Shown here in pieces: positions 19,026 to 29,578 of a stretch of 64,000 nt of DNA (position 1 is the stretch's first letter; every line of letters begins with the position of its first letter). A program made the position numbers and the translations under genes. The stretch spans positions 1 to 64,000 of IMG/VR virus record IMGVR_UViG_3300028610_002065; one strand, given 5' to 3'. The notes under the pieces are model-generated. The model saw nothing but the letters and a program-made list of their open reading frames with translations, did no database searches and was not told the DNA's origin. This stretch comes from a virus. Its lineage: Duplodnaviria > Caudoviricetes.

Positions 19026-19750
19026 TATACATACTCCGTTGTTATAGATTTTGTGAATGGTTCAATGTAAAATTTGAAGTATCTTTGTTTATCAATATCA
19101 TCTGGGTCCATAATCTTGATAGTTGATTGCGTGACCTCAAGTTGTCCATAACTTTTCAAATAGATATTATATCCATTTGTAGTTGGTATTGCAAAAAGAT
19201 ATGGATCATTTGATTTTAAGAAGGTATCTTTTATTTTTTGAAGATTAATAAATATTCGGCTCTTATTTGCAAAGTTAATTTTACATATTTTTTCAAACAT
19301 TTTGTCCATATGTGGATAACGAAATGCTACTCCCTTTATAGTGATCTTATTATTACTATCATATGCTATATAAGTTTTTCTATCAATTGAAATAATAAAA
19401 GTCAAGTATCTTCTTCTTAAGTCAATGGGGACATGTTGAATGTCTGTTATCCTTAACATTTTAGTTGTGATGATACCATCATATTGCCTGAGGACAATTT
19501 CATCTTCTTCGATTCGATTCTGTAAAATATATTCATCAATTATTGAAGCTGTTGTAGTTCGAAGAGTTGAAGTTAACCTAGGATTGTCTCTCATTCGTTT
19601 TCCAATTTCAATATTTCTTTCTATTTTGTTTTCTCTATCTATTCCTGTCAAGTCCATCCCAAGTTTTTTCATGATGGTATAATGACATGCTTCAATGTCA
19701 TATAGATATGCTTCTTTTAAAATTAGTTTTACATTTGGATTTATTTGCAT
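19025..19750 (-). CDS. Putative split family-B DNA polymerase subunit (phiKZ/AR9-type)
   Basis: YLYDIEACHY (motif A-like), KIERNIEIGK, QNRI..DEIVLRQYDGII (motif C-like). Confidence 0.5.
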   Translation of the reverse strand: MQINPNVKLILKEAYLYDIEACHYTIMKKLGMDLTGIDRENKIERNIEIGKRMRDNPRLTSTLRTTTASIIDEYILQNRIEEDEIVLRQYDGIITTKMLRITDIQHVPIDLRRRYLTFIISIDRKTYIAYDSNNKITIKGVAFRYPHMDKMFEKICKINFANKSRIFINLQKIKDTFLKSNDPYLFAIPTTNGYNIYLKSYGQLEVTQSTIKIMDPDDIDKQRYFKFYIEPFTKSITTEYV

Positions 19751-19751
19751 G

Positions 19752-19980
19752 ATAAAAAGGGGCGGTGGGGATGACTGGCGCTCTCATTGAACGTTCGTGG
19801 CCTCCAGCCATCGGGCCTGTGTTTCCCACCGCCAAACTCCTTTAATATTAAATGAGTGGGGACTTTATATTTAAATGCCAACAGGGGCAAAACGTTGGGA
19901 ACTTGTGTTGGCTCCACCAGAGACAAATGTCCCATCCCCACCCAAATTTTTATATATAGGTGAAGGGCAATCACCACCTA
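19752..19980 (-). ncRNA. Cluster of GC-rich nested hairpins (putative structured RNAs)
   Basis: Inverted repeats 19761-19769/19825-19833, 19770-19778/19804-19812, 19854-19863/19934-19943, 19877-19883/19906-19912, 19957-19962/19975-19980. G-U pairs work only on the - strand. Confidence 0.5.
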
Positions 19981-20053
19981 CTGGGGAGTCTACGCAGAAA
20001 TTGATGCCTGGCACCCGTTTCGAATGTGTAAAAATAGCCCCTCACCTGGTACC

Positions 20054-20815
20054 CTATGCTAAGGTTTCGATGATCACATTATCAATCTGAAGATGATGAT
20101 TGATATCTGTAATCTCTAACTGTTTTTCCAGCAACCATGTCATGGCATCTTGAATTGTGGTCATATCTCCAACAGCTTTGGAGATTTGTTTATACCTTAG
20201 TTGTAATGCTTCACCATCAAGAGTTCCGCCAATCTTTGCAGCAATAGCTTCTGCGTCTGGAGCAGCTGGAATTTCGACTTCTTCATCTTTTTTCTTGATT
20301 CTGACAACGGCATATGGAATTGGAGCACCAGCAATATCCTGGCAGAATGTAGCGATCAAGCTAGTTCTGACTCCATAACATTTGATGAGTATTTCATCGC
20401 TATACTGATAACGAATCTGAAATCCATTGTTATAGATTTCCATAATGTCTGCAGGAAGATCAAGAACAGGATAGACGTCTGCATTCTCAAATACTCTGAG
20501 ATTACGTGGATCTTCTTCATCTTCGTCTTCTGTTGTTTTTGGTTCGCCAGTTTTGACGGCCATGATCAAAGTCTTGTCAGCATCAACTCCACGAATAGCA
20601 ACTTTAACTTCATTGATATTCTCAAACTTTTCAGATTCTCTTTCAAACCAGATTGACAGAGGCATGATGTTAATTGAAGGAACCGAAGGAGTTGCTTCCT
20701 CTTCCTCAGTTGCTGCTTCCTCCGTTTCATCTGGCAGATCAAGATCAGCTTCTTGGAACATTACAGGGCCAGTAGTTGGGTCGTCTTTTACCATTTGTGT
20801 TAAATTATCTTCCAT
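20054..20815 (-). CDS. Acidic hypothetical protein
   Basis: SD GGAG; long ORF with an acidic N-terminal linker. Confidence 0.6.
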   Translation of the reverse strand: MEDNLTQMVKDDPTTGPVMFQEADLDLPDETEEAATEEEEATPSVPSINIMPLSIWFERESEKFENINEVKVAIRGVDADKTLIMAVKTGEPKTTEDEDEEDPRNLRVFENADVYPVLDLPADIMEIYNNGFQIRYQYSDEILIKCYGVRTSLIATFCQDIAGAPIPYAVVRIKKKDEEVEIPAAPDAEAIAAKIGGTLDGEALQLRYKQISKAVGDMTTIQDAMTWLLEKQLEITDINHHLQIDNVIIETLA

Positions 20816-20839
20816 GTCTTTCTAATTCTCCTTTGATGT

Positions 20840-21205
20840 CTAGTCATATTTCCACTTCTTTGCATCCTCTTTGGGATTTTCTCTCCACTTACTGGCGTTA
20901 AGTTCTGTATATGTTTCAAGTGCAGCTCCTGCTAGAGCCATGATTTTAATAACCTCTTCGTACGCCTTTACGGGTGCGGCTGCTTTTGGTGTAGATGAGT
21001 TTCGCTCGCTACATGATTCCAGCCACGGTGGTAACTCGGTGTCCCATTTTTCTGTATATGCCTGAATAGCTTTATCAACATATTGCTTTAGAAATATCAG
21101 AAAACTTGGGAATGATAACTCTGAAAGATTTTTATAATCTCCAAATGCTGATTTTTCATAGTCTCTTTCTTTGAGATAGATTTGAATAACATCGTTTAAT
21201 CTCAT
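20840..21205 (-). CDS. All-alpha NTP pyrophosphohydrolase (MazG-like) family protein
   Basis: C-terminal EEVIKIMALAGAALE resembles the EL.qvAA.A.A.iE motif. Confidence 0.4.
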   Translation of the reverse strand: MRLNDVIQIYLKERDYEKSAFGDYKNLSELSFPSFLIFLKQYVDKAIQAYTEKWDTELPPWLESCSERNSSTPKAAAPVKAYEEVIKIMALAGAALETYTELNASKWRENPKEDAKKWKYD

Positions 21206-21939
21206 ACTAATAACCTCTCGATATAGTCCCTATTTTTAATCAATTTGTTCTTATGATCTGGCATATATTCTAGTACTAGATCACCTTCCCATTTGTATCT
21301 GTATTTTAGATCTCTAACAAATCCAACCAAATTGAATATACCGTCAGGATGATTAATTGGAAGATGTTTTCCTATCTTCCTATCCTTCGATTGATTTGAT
21401 AGATGTATTACTGAGGTGTATTTCAAGAGAGTTGTCATGATCATATAATTCATCCATATTTCTTCAATATGACTTGTATCAATAACCATATGTACAACCG
21501 GAGGATATTTAATACACCATTCCATAATATCCAAAGGACTTCTTATCATTTTTTTATTCTTATATGGGAATGTTTCGAGACAAAGAATTAAACCTTGCAT
21601 TTCCCATCTATGCATAAATTGATATACAAAATGATCAATTCCTTTATTTGGATGAATAACGTATTTAAAACATCCAAATTCATTAAAGCAAAATTCAATC
21701 AAATTATTTATATCTTTTGGATTTTTCCTTAAAGTATCTAGTGGGAGATGAACTACTTTAACGTGGGTATGAGTTTTGCTTATAGTTTTTGAAATGTCTT
21801 CTTTCATTCCCATAAACAAATCATATTTATATATTGCTAATTGAATCTTTTGTGGAATATTATCCAGTGCATATCTATTATCTTCTCCAAAACCATATGA
21901 GATTGAAACATCAATGACTGGATTACCGTTTGTATCCAT
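21202..21939 (-). CDS. Xylose isomerase-like TIM barrel (AP endonuclease 2 family)
   Basis: VHLP, VIHP, LCLET, IDTSH, IHLSN, HLP, LVLEY metal-binding motifs. Confidence 0.75.
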   Translation of the reverse strand: MDTNGNPVIDVSISYGFGEDNRYALDNIPQKIQLAIYKYDLFMGMKEDISKTISKTHTHVKVVHLPLDTLRKNPKDINNLIEFCFNEFGCFKYVIHPNKGIDHFVYQFMHRWEMQGLILCLETFPYKNKKMIRSPLDIMEWCIKYPPVVHMVIDTSHIEEIWMNYMIMTTLLKYTSVIHLSNQSKDRKIGKHLPINHPDGIFNLVGFVRDLKYRYKWEGDLVLEYMPDHKNKLIKNRDYIERLLV

Positions 21940-22829
21940 TATAAGTATCTCCTTCCATTAAACCCCCCCGGTATTCCTTTCCAGTTAATTGCAATAGCCT
22001 CGGATGTATGAATAGATTCTTCATGAGTACATTTGACAATCCAATCATGTAGTTCATTTTTATCATCTAAGACTTTAGAAATTTTTCGAATTGCATCCTC
22101 AACAAACATTGGATTTTGTGCTGCAACTCTAGCAATCTCTTGTTCATCAACCCTTTTAATGACTGGATAGGGGAGTGTGATTAATTCGTTTTCGACAGCT
22201 TCAATAATATCTTCTAACCAAACGTAATTATTTTCCGTTACTTCGACAACGATTTCCGCAAACGATCTTTGATTATGTGGAAACCCATCGAGATCATGTT
22301 CAGATAGATCGCTGCATAGTTCTGCTGAACAAGGACAATAAGATGCATACTGAATTGTAACTCCTTGAAAGAATTTGAAAAAGTCATACTTTATTCCATC
22401 TGAGAGGTCACTGAAGTCCTCTCGATGATTCAGTTGTCCTTCAAACTTACACTTATAATAGATGGGAAATTCATTTTTTGATAAAATTGATTTTCGCTTT
22501 ATCGGCATACGAAATTCAAATTTCATGTATGTAGAATCCGTTTCAAGATTTTTCTGTAATTTTGCAAGTATCTGTTTGATTAATTTATGCTTTAGTGGTA
22601 AGTCAAGATATGGTTTTAGAGTTAACAACAATCTCGACATTGAGATCCCTTTTATCTTTTCATTTAAGCTGGTTCTCATTGACACATTTGCATTGAGTTG
22701 ATGAAAACCTCCATACTTAGATTCTAAACTAAAAGGAACCTCAACATTTTCGACTCCAACCTGCATAATGGGGATTTGGATATCGGGAACTGAACATTGA
22801 ATATCAGGTAAACTCTCTAGCGTCATCAT
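21939..22829 (-). CDS. folE2: GTP cyclohydrolase IB (FolE2)
   Basis: LPDIQ, VGVENV, KGISMSR, CPCS, HNQRS, KRVDE, NPMFVEDAIR, ESIH. Confidence 0.95.
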   Translation of the reverse strand: MMTLESLPDIQCSVPDIQIPIMQVGVENVEVPFSLESKYGGFHQLNANVSMRTSLNEKIKGISMSRLLLTLKPYLDLPLKHKLIKQILAKLQKNLETDSTYMKFEFRMPIKRKSILSKNEFPIYYKCKFEGQLNHREDFSDLSDGIKYDFFKFFQGVTIQYASYCPCSAELCSDLSEHDLDGFPHNQRSFAEIVVEVTENNYVWLEDIIEAVENELITLPYPVIKRVDEQEIARVAAQNPMFVEDAIRKISKVLDDKNELHDWIVKCTHEESIHTSEAIAINWKGIPGGFNGRRYL

Positions 22830-23089
22830 TTATTTTTTCCCCCTAATACTAATTCCTTCGGGTCAAATAGAATTAGTTCTGTCGGCATACCACCCGAAGG
22901 TTCATCTTTTTCATCTTTTAGATTTTCCTCTGTTTTTCTTAAATGTGAAAGTGGACTAAGCGGATCACCCTTAGTTATACCCAATTTTCTTTTTTTTCTT
23001 TTAATAGAATGATCACGAAGAGTATCATTATAGAAATAGTCCATAGTAGAGGAAGTAGATGTTGAAGTTTCCCAACTAAAAGAACTCAT
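22826..23089 (-). CDS. Hypothetical protein
   Basis: ATGA overlaps with both neighbours. Confidence 0.45.
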   Translation of the reverse strand: MSSFSWETSTSTSSTMDYFYNDTLRDHSIKRKKRKLGITKGDPLSPLSHLRKTEENLKDEKDEPSGGMPTELILFDPKELVLGGKNK

Positions 23090-26085
23090 TTGTGATTAAC
23101 CCCTATAACAGTTAGATAAGAGTTTAACAATTTTACTGATTCAGGTACCGTATTTAAATCTTTTGAATCTTCAATTAAATTTGATTCAATGAAGTTTCGT
23201 ATATAGCTATTCTTTAAATCAATACAATCGGATTTGGTTGTCAAAAATTCAAATAGATTATGTGGAGCATCATGCCCAATTAGACATGCTGTTTCCATTT
23301 CGCCACATCTTTGACCGCCTTTGTTCTTCCGACCTCCGAGGGGTTGTAGAGTTCGTCTTGCATATGCTCCGATACCTCTGGCTGCTAATTTCTCTTCAGC
23401 AATATGAACCATTCTAAAGAAATAGATATATCCGACTGCAATTTCATTTTCTAATTTAACTTGAGATAAAGGATCAAAAAGCTCTGTTGTAAATGTTGCA
23501 CCTGTGTAATCCATTGCTTTTTGTAGATCCTCTAATTTACAAGACTCGAACGGAGATTGAATAATTGTAAAGTCTTCTATAAACTCTTTGGTTATAATTT
23601 TTGGTAATGACTTTTCTAATTGGTCATAATACCATCCACCATCTGTCTTGTCAATAATTTTTATGAAATTTAAAAAGTATTTTTTAACTTCATCCTGATT
23701 GACTACCAGTTTTAGCATGTTGGTTTTCAATGCTTGAAGCGCAAATGCTAGATGCATTTCGTAGAGTTGACCAAAGTTCATTCGGGAAATGATACCTAAT
23801 GGATTTATACAAATGTCAAGATGTCTTCCATCGGGAAGCTGTGGCATTTTTTCATGAGGAACAATTCGAGAAATTACTCCTTTATTCCCATGCCTATTTG
23901 CAATCTTATCACCAACCTTAACTTTTCTAAAATGAACTCCAGCTATTTCTATTCTTACTCCATTAATTCTTTCACGTTTGCTTTTGTATTTACCGACAAA
24001 CGAAAATTTATCAAGACCTCTATCTTTGATAAACTTTGCTGCCTTATCTTTTGATAAATGCCTTTTCATCACTTTTTGTAAATCATTTTCTACATCTGAT
24101 TGTTCTTGTAATTTTTTCTCTATCCATTCTTTATATTCCGGTACCTCTTCATTCCATTCGTTTGCATATATGTTAACTTCGGATATGATGAAGGTTTTTC
24201 TAGCAATCAATTCAATTGGTTCTGAAAATACTGAATAGAACTCATCTGAATTTAACTTCTTTAAAATTGCATATGGATTGCCTGCGTTAACAACGTCCAA
24301 TACTTCTGGAAGTGGATCATATATGTCACCTTTTAATGAAAGTAGAACTTTATCCGGAGTTAATGAAAAGGATAAATCTTTGAAATGAACTGATGTTAGA
24401 CTATCATCATTTACTAATCTGTCAGATATTACAATTCCATCTTCATAATTGTTGCCATAATAGATCATAACACCAGTTAATAAATTTCGACCGATGTTGA
24501 TTTTGCCATCTTTACAGAAGTTGCTTTCAGCTAAAACATCTCCTGTTTTAAATTTGTCTCCAGGTTTTACATAGATATTCATAAAGTCAAGATGCTCAAC
24601 ATAAATTTTTCGATAACTAATATCAAAGATATCTGGTTCGCCATCTGTATATGCAACAATAATATAGTTTCGGTCTATAAAAATGACTTCGCCATCTTTC
24701 TTTGCTTGTTTAACAAATTGGGTATGTTGAGTAAACAACCCTTCACAACCTGAACTAATAAGCGGAACATCAAACTCTTTTAACATAATGGCCTGACGCA
24801 TCTGTGATGATGCCATTTGTAATCTTGTCTGATCATCATGTTTTAAAAATGGAGTCATAGATACCGGAATAGAAATGGGTTGCTTCTCTGTAATCTCATC
24901 TGTGAACTTTAAATTTTCATCCAGAAAAACATTCGGAACAAGATTTTGTAATACTCCACAATTATCTCTATCAGGTGTATCAACTGGACAAATACGACCA
25001 AACATAGTTGGAGAGATGTCTCTTAAATGTTTTGGAATATTTTCTCTTTTGAATCCACCTGGTCCTAATAGGCTAGATCTGGAAAGTTTTGTTAATTCTT
25101 CAATTGGATTAATAGAAAAATCAAACTGAACAATATCAGATACATTACACTCTGATAAAATTTGAGTTGAATTGATATTGAACTTTGGTTGTCTAGCTGT
25201 CCTATTTGAGAAGCATAAATCAAAAATGATCTTAGAGATTTTTGATACAACCATATATTCAAAACATCTTATCCTTTTATTAGTAAAAATAGTGTCGTCA
25301 ATGGTTCTAATTTTTAAAGTTTCAATCAGTTCATCTAAAATCGAATTGGTTTCCAAAAACCTTGCTGTTAAAACATCAACTTTTGGGATAAGATCGAGAG
25401 CGTATAGAATATCTTCACCTTTTGACTTTTGATTGAAACGAGAATACGTTCGTCCTATTTCAACAATGAAATCATCTTGTGTATGTCCTATTGATTCATC
25501 ATAATATGCTTTCAAATCTGCTCTTAGTGTTTCATATAGAAATCCTCTTGGATCTCTTAGATCAATCGTTTCATCAAGAAAGAAATCTTCATGAACTTTT
25601 TCTTTTCCATGGAACCCAAATAGAAGTAATGATAAGGGCACTTTTCTTCCCATAAAACTAACTTGAAGTCGAGGTATCTCTTTTTCTAAAGTCACAACTA
25701 TTGTAGCGACATTAGTTCGGAGTTTAATACTTTCACCTCTCGTTACGACAGGTATATCAAACAATTGAAATAAAGGAATCTTTTTTCTGCCGTTTATGAA
25801 TATATAATTTTCATCTATTAACTTTGGAATGTATATAGACAAGTCAATATTTGACTGCCCTTTTTGGAGTTTTATTGACAAGGTTTGTTTGAGAGTTCTT
25901 GACAATTCCCCCGATGAAAATCTCGACTCCTTTAAGTCGACTTCAAGGATTTGAAAACCAATCTCTTCGACTGGTTGTACAATTTCTCTTACCAACGGTA
26001 AAATCTTTTCATAGTCTCTTTTTCGGATTGTGAAGATATTGTTTTCTTCACTCTGAATTTTGAATGTTGGGTTTATTATTTTCAA
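23086..26085 (-). CDS. rpoB: Multisubunit RNA polymerase beta subunit, copy 1 (unsplit)
   Basis: FGRICPVDTPD, QMRQA, NYEDGIVIS, GDKIANRHGNKGVIS, NPLGIISRMNFGQ, GGQRCGEME. Confidence 0.95.
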   Translation of the reverse strand: MKIINPTFKIQSEENNIFTIRKRDYEKILPLVREIVQPVEEIGFQILEVDLKESRFSSGELSRTLKQTLSIKLQKGQSNIDLSIYIPKLIDENYIFINGRKKIPLFQLFDIPVVTRGESIKLRTNVATIVVTLEKEIPRLQVSFMGRKVPLSLLLFGFHGKEKVHEDFFLDETIDLRDPRGFLYETLRADLKAYYDESIGHTQDDFIVEIGRTYSRFNQKSKGEDILYALDLIPKVDVLTARFLETNSILDELIETLKIRTIDDTIFTNKRIRCFEYMVVSKISKIIFDLCFSNRTARQPKFNINSTQILSECNVSDIVQFDFSINPIEELTKLSRSSLLGPGGFKRENIPKHLRDISPTMFGRICPVDTPDRDNCGVLQNLVPNVFLDENLKFTDEITEKQPISIPVSMTPFLKHDDQTRLQMASSQMRQAIMLKEFDVPLISSGCEGLFTQHTQFVKQAKKDGEVIFIDRNYIIVAYTDGEPDIFDISYRKIYVEHLDFMNIYVKPGDKFKTGDVLAESNFCKDGKINIGRNLLTGVMIYYGNNYEDGIVISDRLVNDDSLTSVHFKDLSFSLTPDKVLLSLKGDIYDPLPEVLDVVNAGNPYAILKKLNSDEFYSVFSEPIELIARKTFIISEVNIYANEWNEEVPEYKEWIEKKLQEQSDVENDLQKVMKRHLSKDKAAKFIKDRGLDKFSFVGKYKSKRERINGVRIEIAGVHFRKVKVGDKIANRHGNKGVISRIVPHEKMPQLPDGRHLDICINPLGIISRMNFGQLYEMHLAFALQALKTNMLKLVVNQDEVKKYFLNFIKIIDKTDGGWYYDQLEKSLPKIITKEFIEDFTIIQSPFESCKLEDLQKAMDYTGATFTTELFDPLSQVKLENEIAVGYIYFFRMVHIAEEKLAARGIGAYARRTLQPLGGRKNKGGQRCGEMETACLIGHDAPHNLFEFLTTKSDCIDLKNSYIRNFIESNLIEDSKDLNTVPESVKLLNSYLTVIGVNHK

Positions 26086-26266
26086 TATTGGTAGCCTCCA
26101 AGTAGTGATCTCTTATAAATTCAATTAGGTCTTTATCTTCCATATAGTACAGCTTATAATGCGGTATTGCATTTTCTATTAATTGCCCCAAGCGGAGATC
26201 TGGAAATGAACCCCAAATGGTTTTTAATTCATTCAGGACTTCTGGAATTCTTTTGGGATCTCTCAT
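26048..26266 (-). CDS. Small conserved phage protein (MRDPKRI family)
   Basis: MRDPKRIPEVLNELKTIW..FPDLRLGQLI. Confidence 0.6.
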   Translation of the reverse strand: MRDPKRIPEVLNELKTIWGSFPDLRLGQLIENAIPHYKLYYMEDKDLIEFIRDHYLEATNIENNKPNIQNSE

Positions 26267-26490
26267 TCTTTTGATTTCCTTTTAAACTTATAAAAGATTG
26301 AACCCATAACTCCCTCTTCAACTATAAATGATTTAACTTCATCTATAGTTTTTGCATCTTTGGGAAACACTTCAATAATACATTCCGCCATATTTGATAA
26401 ATCCTCAGTTTTACTTTGGATCCATTCATTGTTTAAATCACCAAGGAATATATTAGTGAGAATTTTAGTTTCTAGTTCCTCAGAAGTCAT
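26263..26490 (-). CDS. Hypothetical protein between the RNAP subunit genes
   Basis: Coupled ATGA overlaps. Confidence 0.5.
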   Translation of the reverse strand: MTSEELETKILTNIFLGDLNNEWIQSKTEDLSNMAECIIEVFPKDAKTIDEVKSFIVEEGVMGSIFYKFKRKSKE

Positions 26491-29147
26491 GTTATTCTTT
26501 CTCCCTTTAAGATTTTATCCATCACTCCGGAATATTTACCTTCGTATAATATTCCTTGAAGGATTGATCTTTTTGGATTTGAAAACGCCATAGCTAGAAT
26601 CCAACTCTCTTGGTTTGGAGCAGATTGGATGCTATAATAATCTGGAGTAATTTTATCTCGGTTCTTTAACAGTCTCCACTTCCAATGGTTTTTCCACATG
26701 AGTTGAGCGACAACACATTCAAAGTGAACGTGATATATATCTTTATCATAAACATCGAACAATTCAGCAACTATATCAATGTATGTTTTTCTTTTAAATT
26801 TGTGTAGCAGTTCGGAAATAGATGCAAGATCTCCAATAATATCTTCTTGTTTCATTGAAGCATTATCTTCTTCTCCCTTTATCATTGCTGAACCAGATGT
26901 ATGAAATGTTCTTAAAACTAACTGGGTTCCTCTCTCACCAAGAGTTTGTGCTGCAATAATTCCAACGAATCTGCTATTTAACTTTTTGTATAAATCACCA
27001 TAACATCGACAACATACTTTTGGACTTTTACAAAGAATTGGACTTCGAATCATTATTTCTTTTCCAATTATATCTTTGAAGTTATCTTTAGTGATTTTGT
27101 ATAAGGTTTTCTCATCTTCAGAAAGAGCGAATTTATTTATGAGCATTCTTGCTTTTCTTTCTGAAGTAACATCAACTGGTAATAAATCAGTTGTGCCACA
27201 ATCTTCTAATCCTTCATCAATTTGAAGATTGGCACATGTAAAAATTAATTTTCGTGAAAGATATCCTGAGGTGCCTGTGTTTAGTGCTATATCAAGTAAT
27301 CCTTTTCTACAACCGTATGTTGAATAGAAAAACTCCTCTTGATTCAATCCTTCTAATAATGAATTTTTGATCGGATGTGGTAATATATGTCCATCAAAAT
27401 TAGAGATGAATCCTCTTGAAAGAACTAACTGTCGAACTTGATCCCAGCTTCCTCTAGCTCCTGATTCAATCATATAAGAATAAGAGAAATTTTTTCTCAG
27501 CATATTTGTAACTTCTGGGTTGGATAAAGATAATAATTGTTTTCTAGTTCCATCTTCAGAAAATATTTTTTCTTTGAGTTCAGTGATTCCATCTATACTG
27601 CACTCATTTAAAGATAATGTGCATCCTGATAAAGTTGCATACTTAAACCCCATCTTCTTAATATTATCTAAAATAATTGCCACATCAGAATCCTTGTAAG
27701 CATCTTTAATTTCATTAAGAATTTCCAACAATTTCTTGTTGTCGATTGTTTCATTTACATCTGGATAATCATGTGGTAAATAATTATTAAACTCTTCTCT
27801 TCCCCAATCAAATGATGTTGCATAATATATTCCTAGAATCACATCCTGACTTGGAATTGTTGTTAAACTCTCATTTGCAGGACTATTTAGATTCTTTGTA
27901 ACAAATATTTTTTCTCTTATCTCCTCTTTAGCTTCTTCAGTAATTGGTATATATACTGCCATTTGATCCCCATCAAAGTCTGCATTAAATGGTGGACATA
28001 CTAAAGGATGAATCTTTATTACTTGATCTAATGTTACTTTAATATTAAAACCAAGCATCCCTAGTCTATGTAAAGATGGTTGCCTATTTAAGATGCAAAC
28101 TTCATCCTTTGTTAGATCTTCACAGACCTTAAATAATACGGGAGATTGACTATCAATGCATTCATCAACAAAATCTATTGCTTTATTTAGGAGTTTGAAT
28201 TTTCCTATTTCTATAATTCTTTTAGCAATAGGTAATTTGAAAATCTCAAGAACCATCAGATAAGGCAGTTTACATTGATCTAATCTAAGAGTTGGGTCTG
28301 GTGTAATAACAGCTCTACCGGAAAAATCAATTCTTTTTCCTAAAATGTTTCCTCTGATTAATCCTTCTTTTTTTGCCATTTTCTCAAGGATTCGATTATA
28401 TAGTTCACTTATATCATTTTGTAATTGTTTGAAATAAGTGTAGTAAAGATTTTTATCTATCTGGATATTTATGATCGTATCTTTCATTGTCTCTTTCTTA
28501 GTGAGTATTTGAATATAATATCTATTGATTTTATCCATAAGATCTTTACCACTACCAGAACTTTTTGAAGTCGGTCTTAAGTCAGGTGGCAATACAATAA
28601 TTTGGTTGATGATAAGACTGTCAAGATTGTCTTTAACTATTTGCCATTCTTTAATTCCTTCTGTAATCATATCAGCCGCCAAAGTTTCAACTAGAACATG
28701 AATGGCTTCAATTCGTTCCCATGTGTTAACTCCAGTTGGGATGCTTTCAGAATCAAGAGTTACAACCATCTCATTGTCAATTAAATATAGAATGCTCTTA
28801 TCATTTTTCATTAAATCATCAAGAGCACTCTTTAAACTACGACCACCTAGATCTACTAAGAGATCATAAAATATTGGATTGACAACCGGAAGGGGTAATA
28901 CAATTTTTGCGAATCTTTTTCTTCGCTCATCACTGTTTACAATATCAACTTTGCAATCATCGCATGTACCTCCGGATTTTGATACTCCATGATATATACC
29001 ACATTGGCATGTGTAATTTCTGACTGGCCCAAAGATTTGCTCTGAAAATAAACCTTTTGAGTGAAACTTCTTTTTTCCGAATGTTTTTAAAGAGGTTACT
29101 TCCTCTAATGGTTCACAAAATTTATGATAATCTAAAATCTTTGGCAT
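26487..29147 (-). CDS. rpoC: Multisubunit RNA polymerase beta' subunit (unsplit, compact)
   Basis: FSEQIFGP + Zn finger, LPPDLRP, GKRIDFSGRAV, LNRQPSLH, catalytic NADFDGDQM, SGYLSRKL, GERGTQLVLRTFHTSG. Confidence 0.97.
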   Translation of the reverse strand: MPKILDYHKFCEPLEEVTSLKTFGKKKFHSKGLFSEQIFGPVRNYTCQCGIYHGVSKSGGTCDDCKVDIVNSDERRKRFAKIVLPLPVVNPIFYDLLVDLGGRSLKSALDDLMKNDKSILYLIDNEMVVTLDSESIPTGVNTWERIEAIHVLVETLAADMITEGIKEWQIVKDNLDSLIINQIIVLPPDLRPTSKSSGSGKDLMDKINRYYIQILTKKETMKDTIINIQIDKNLYYTYFKQLQNDISELYNRILEKMAKKEGLIRGNILGKRIDFSGRAVITPDPTLRLDQCKLPYLMVLEIFKLPIAKRIIEIGKFKLLNKAIDFVDECIDSQSPVLFKVCEDLTKDEVCILNRQPSLHRLGMLGFNIKVTLDQVIKIHPLVCPPFNADFDGDQMAVYIPITEEAKEEIREKIFVTKNLNSPANESLTTIPSQDVILGIYYATSFDWGREEFNNYLPHDYPDVNETIDNKKLLEILNEIKDAYKDSDVAIILDNIKKMGFKYATLSGCTLSLNECSIDGITELKEKIFSEDGTRKQLLSLSNPEVTNMLRKNFSYSYMIESGARGSWDQVRQLVLSRGFISNFDGHILPHPIKNSLLEGLNQEEFFYSTYGCRKGLLDIALNTGTSGYLSRKLIFTCANLQIDEGLEDCGTTDLLPVDVTSERKARMLINKFALSEDEKTLYKITKDNFKDIIGKEIMIRSPILCKSPKVCCRCYGDLYKKLNSRFVGIIAAQTLGERGTQLVLRTFHTSGSAMIKGEEDNASMKQEDIIGDLASISELLHKFKRKTYIDIVAELFDVYDKDIYHVHFECVVAQLMWKNHWKWRLLKNRDKITPDYYSIQSAPNQESWILAMAFSNPKRSILQGILYEGKYSGVMDKILKGERIT

Positions 29148-29150
29148 AAG

Positions 29151-29384
29151 TTACTCCTCCGTTTTGAATGTTTCCATAAGAAATAAACCCATTGTAAAAA
29201 AGTGTTCCTTGACTTTTTTGGAAATCATTTTATCCAAGTCAGGCATCATCTCTTTTATAATGACTTGAACATCTTCAACTGCAAGATTAATCTCTCTTTC
29301 TTGAATAACTTTTTCAACTATCAGTTTGATATGATCTTCTAATGGTCTTATCTCATTTGCTTTTTTTAGTTTCTGACTTGACAT
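29151..29384 (-). CDS. Hypothetical helical protein
   Basis: SD AAGGTG; in operon. Confidence 0.5.
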   Translation of the reverse strand: MSSQKLKKANEIRPLEDHIKLIVEKVIQEREINLAVEDVQVIIKEMMPDLDKMISKKVKEHFFTMGLFLMETFKTEE

Positions 29385-29577
29385 GTGTATTCACCTTCTT
29401 TTTGAGTTTGTTGCCATAAATATCAAGAAGTTCATCAACGTTTTGACTTCCTTGTTCCATTATTGCAGCAATTATTTTCTTAGAACTTTTCCTTACTACT
29501 TGAGTAAGACTGTCAATTGTTTCAGCAAGAATACCTTTCATTATGTTACGTGTTTTGTCTAGATTTTCCTTTGCCAT
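29353..29577 (-). CDS. Hypothetical helical protein
   Basis: Start MAKENL at 29577 after SD GAGGTG. Confidence 0.5.
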   Translation of the reverse strand: MAKENLDKTRNIMKGILAETIDSLTQVVRKSSKKIIAAIMEQGSQNVDELLDIYGNKLKKKVNTHVKSETKKSK

Positions 29578-29578
29578 T

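Noticed and set aside
19761-19833. tRNA-Sec or SRP RNA
   Set aside because: No T-loop stem, no UCA anticodon arm, no SRP helix-8 GNRA motif.
23086-29147. Introns or inteins in RNAP, terminase or helicase
   Set aside because: Motifs are contiguous, lengths are compact, and no Hint or LAGLIDADG/HNH signatures were seen.
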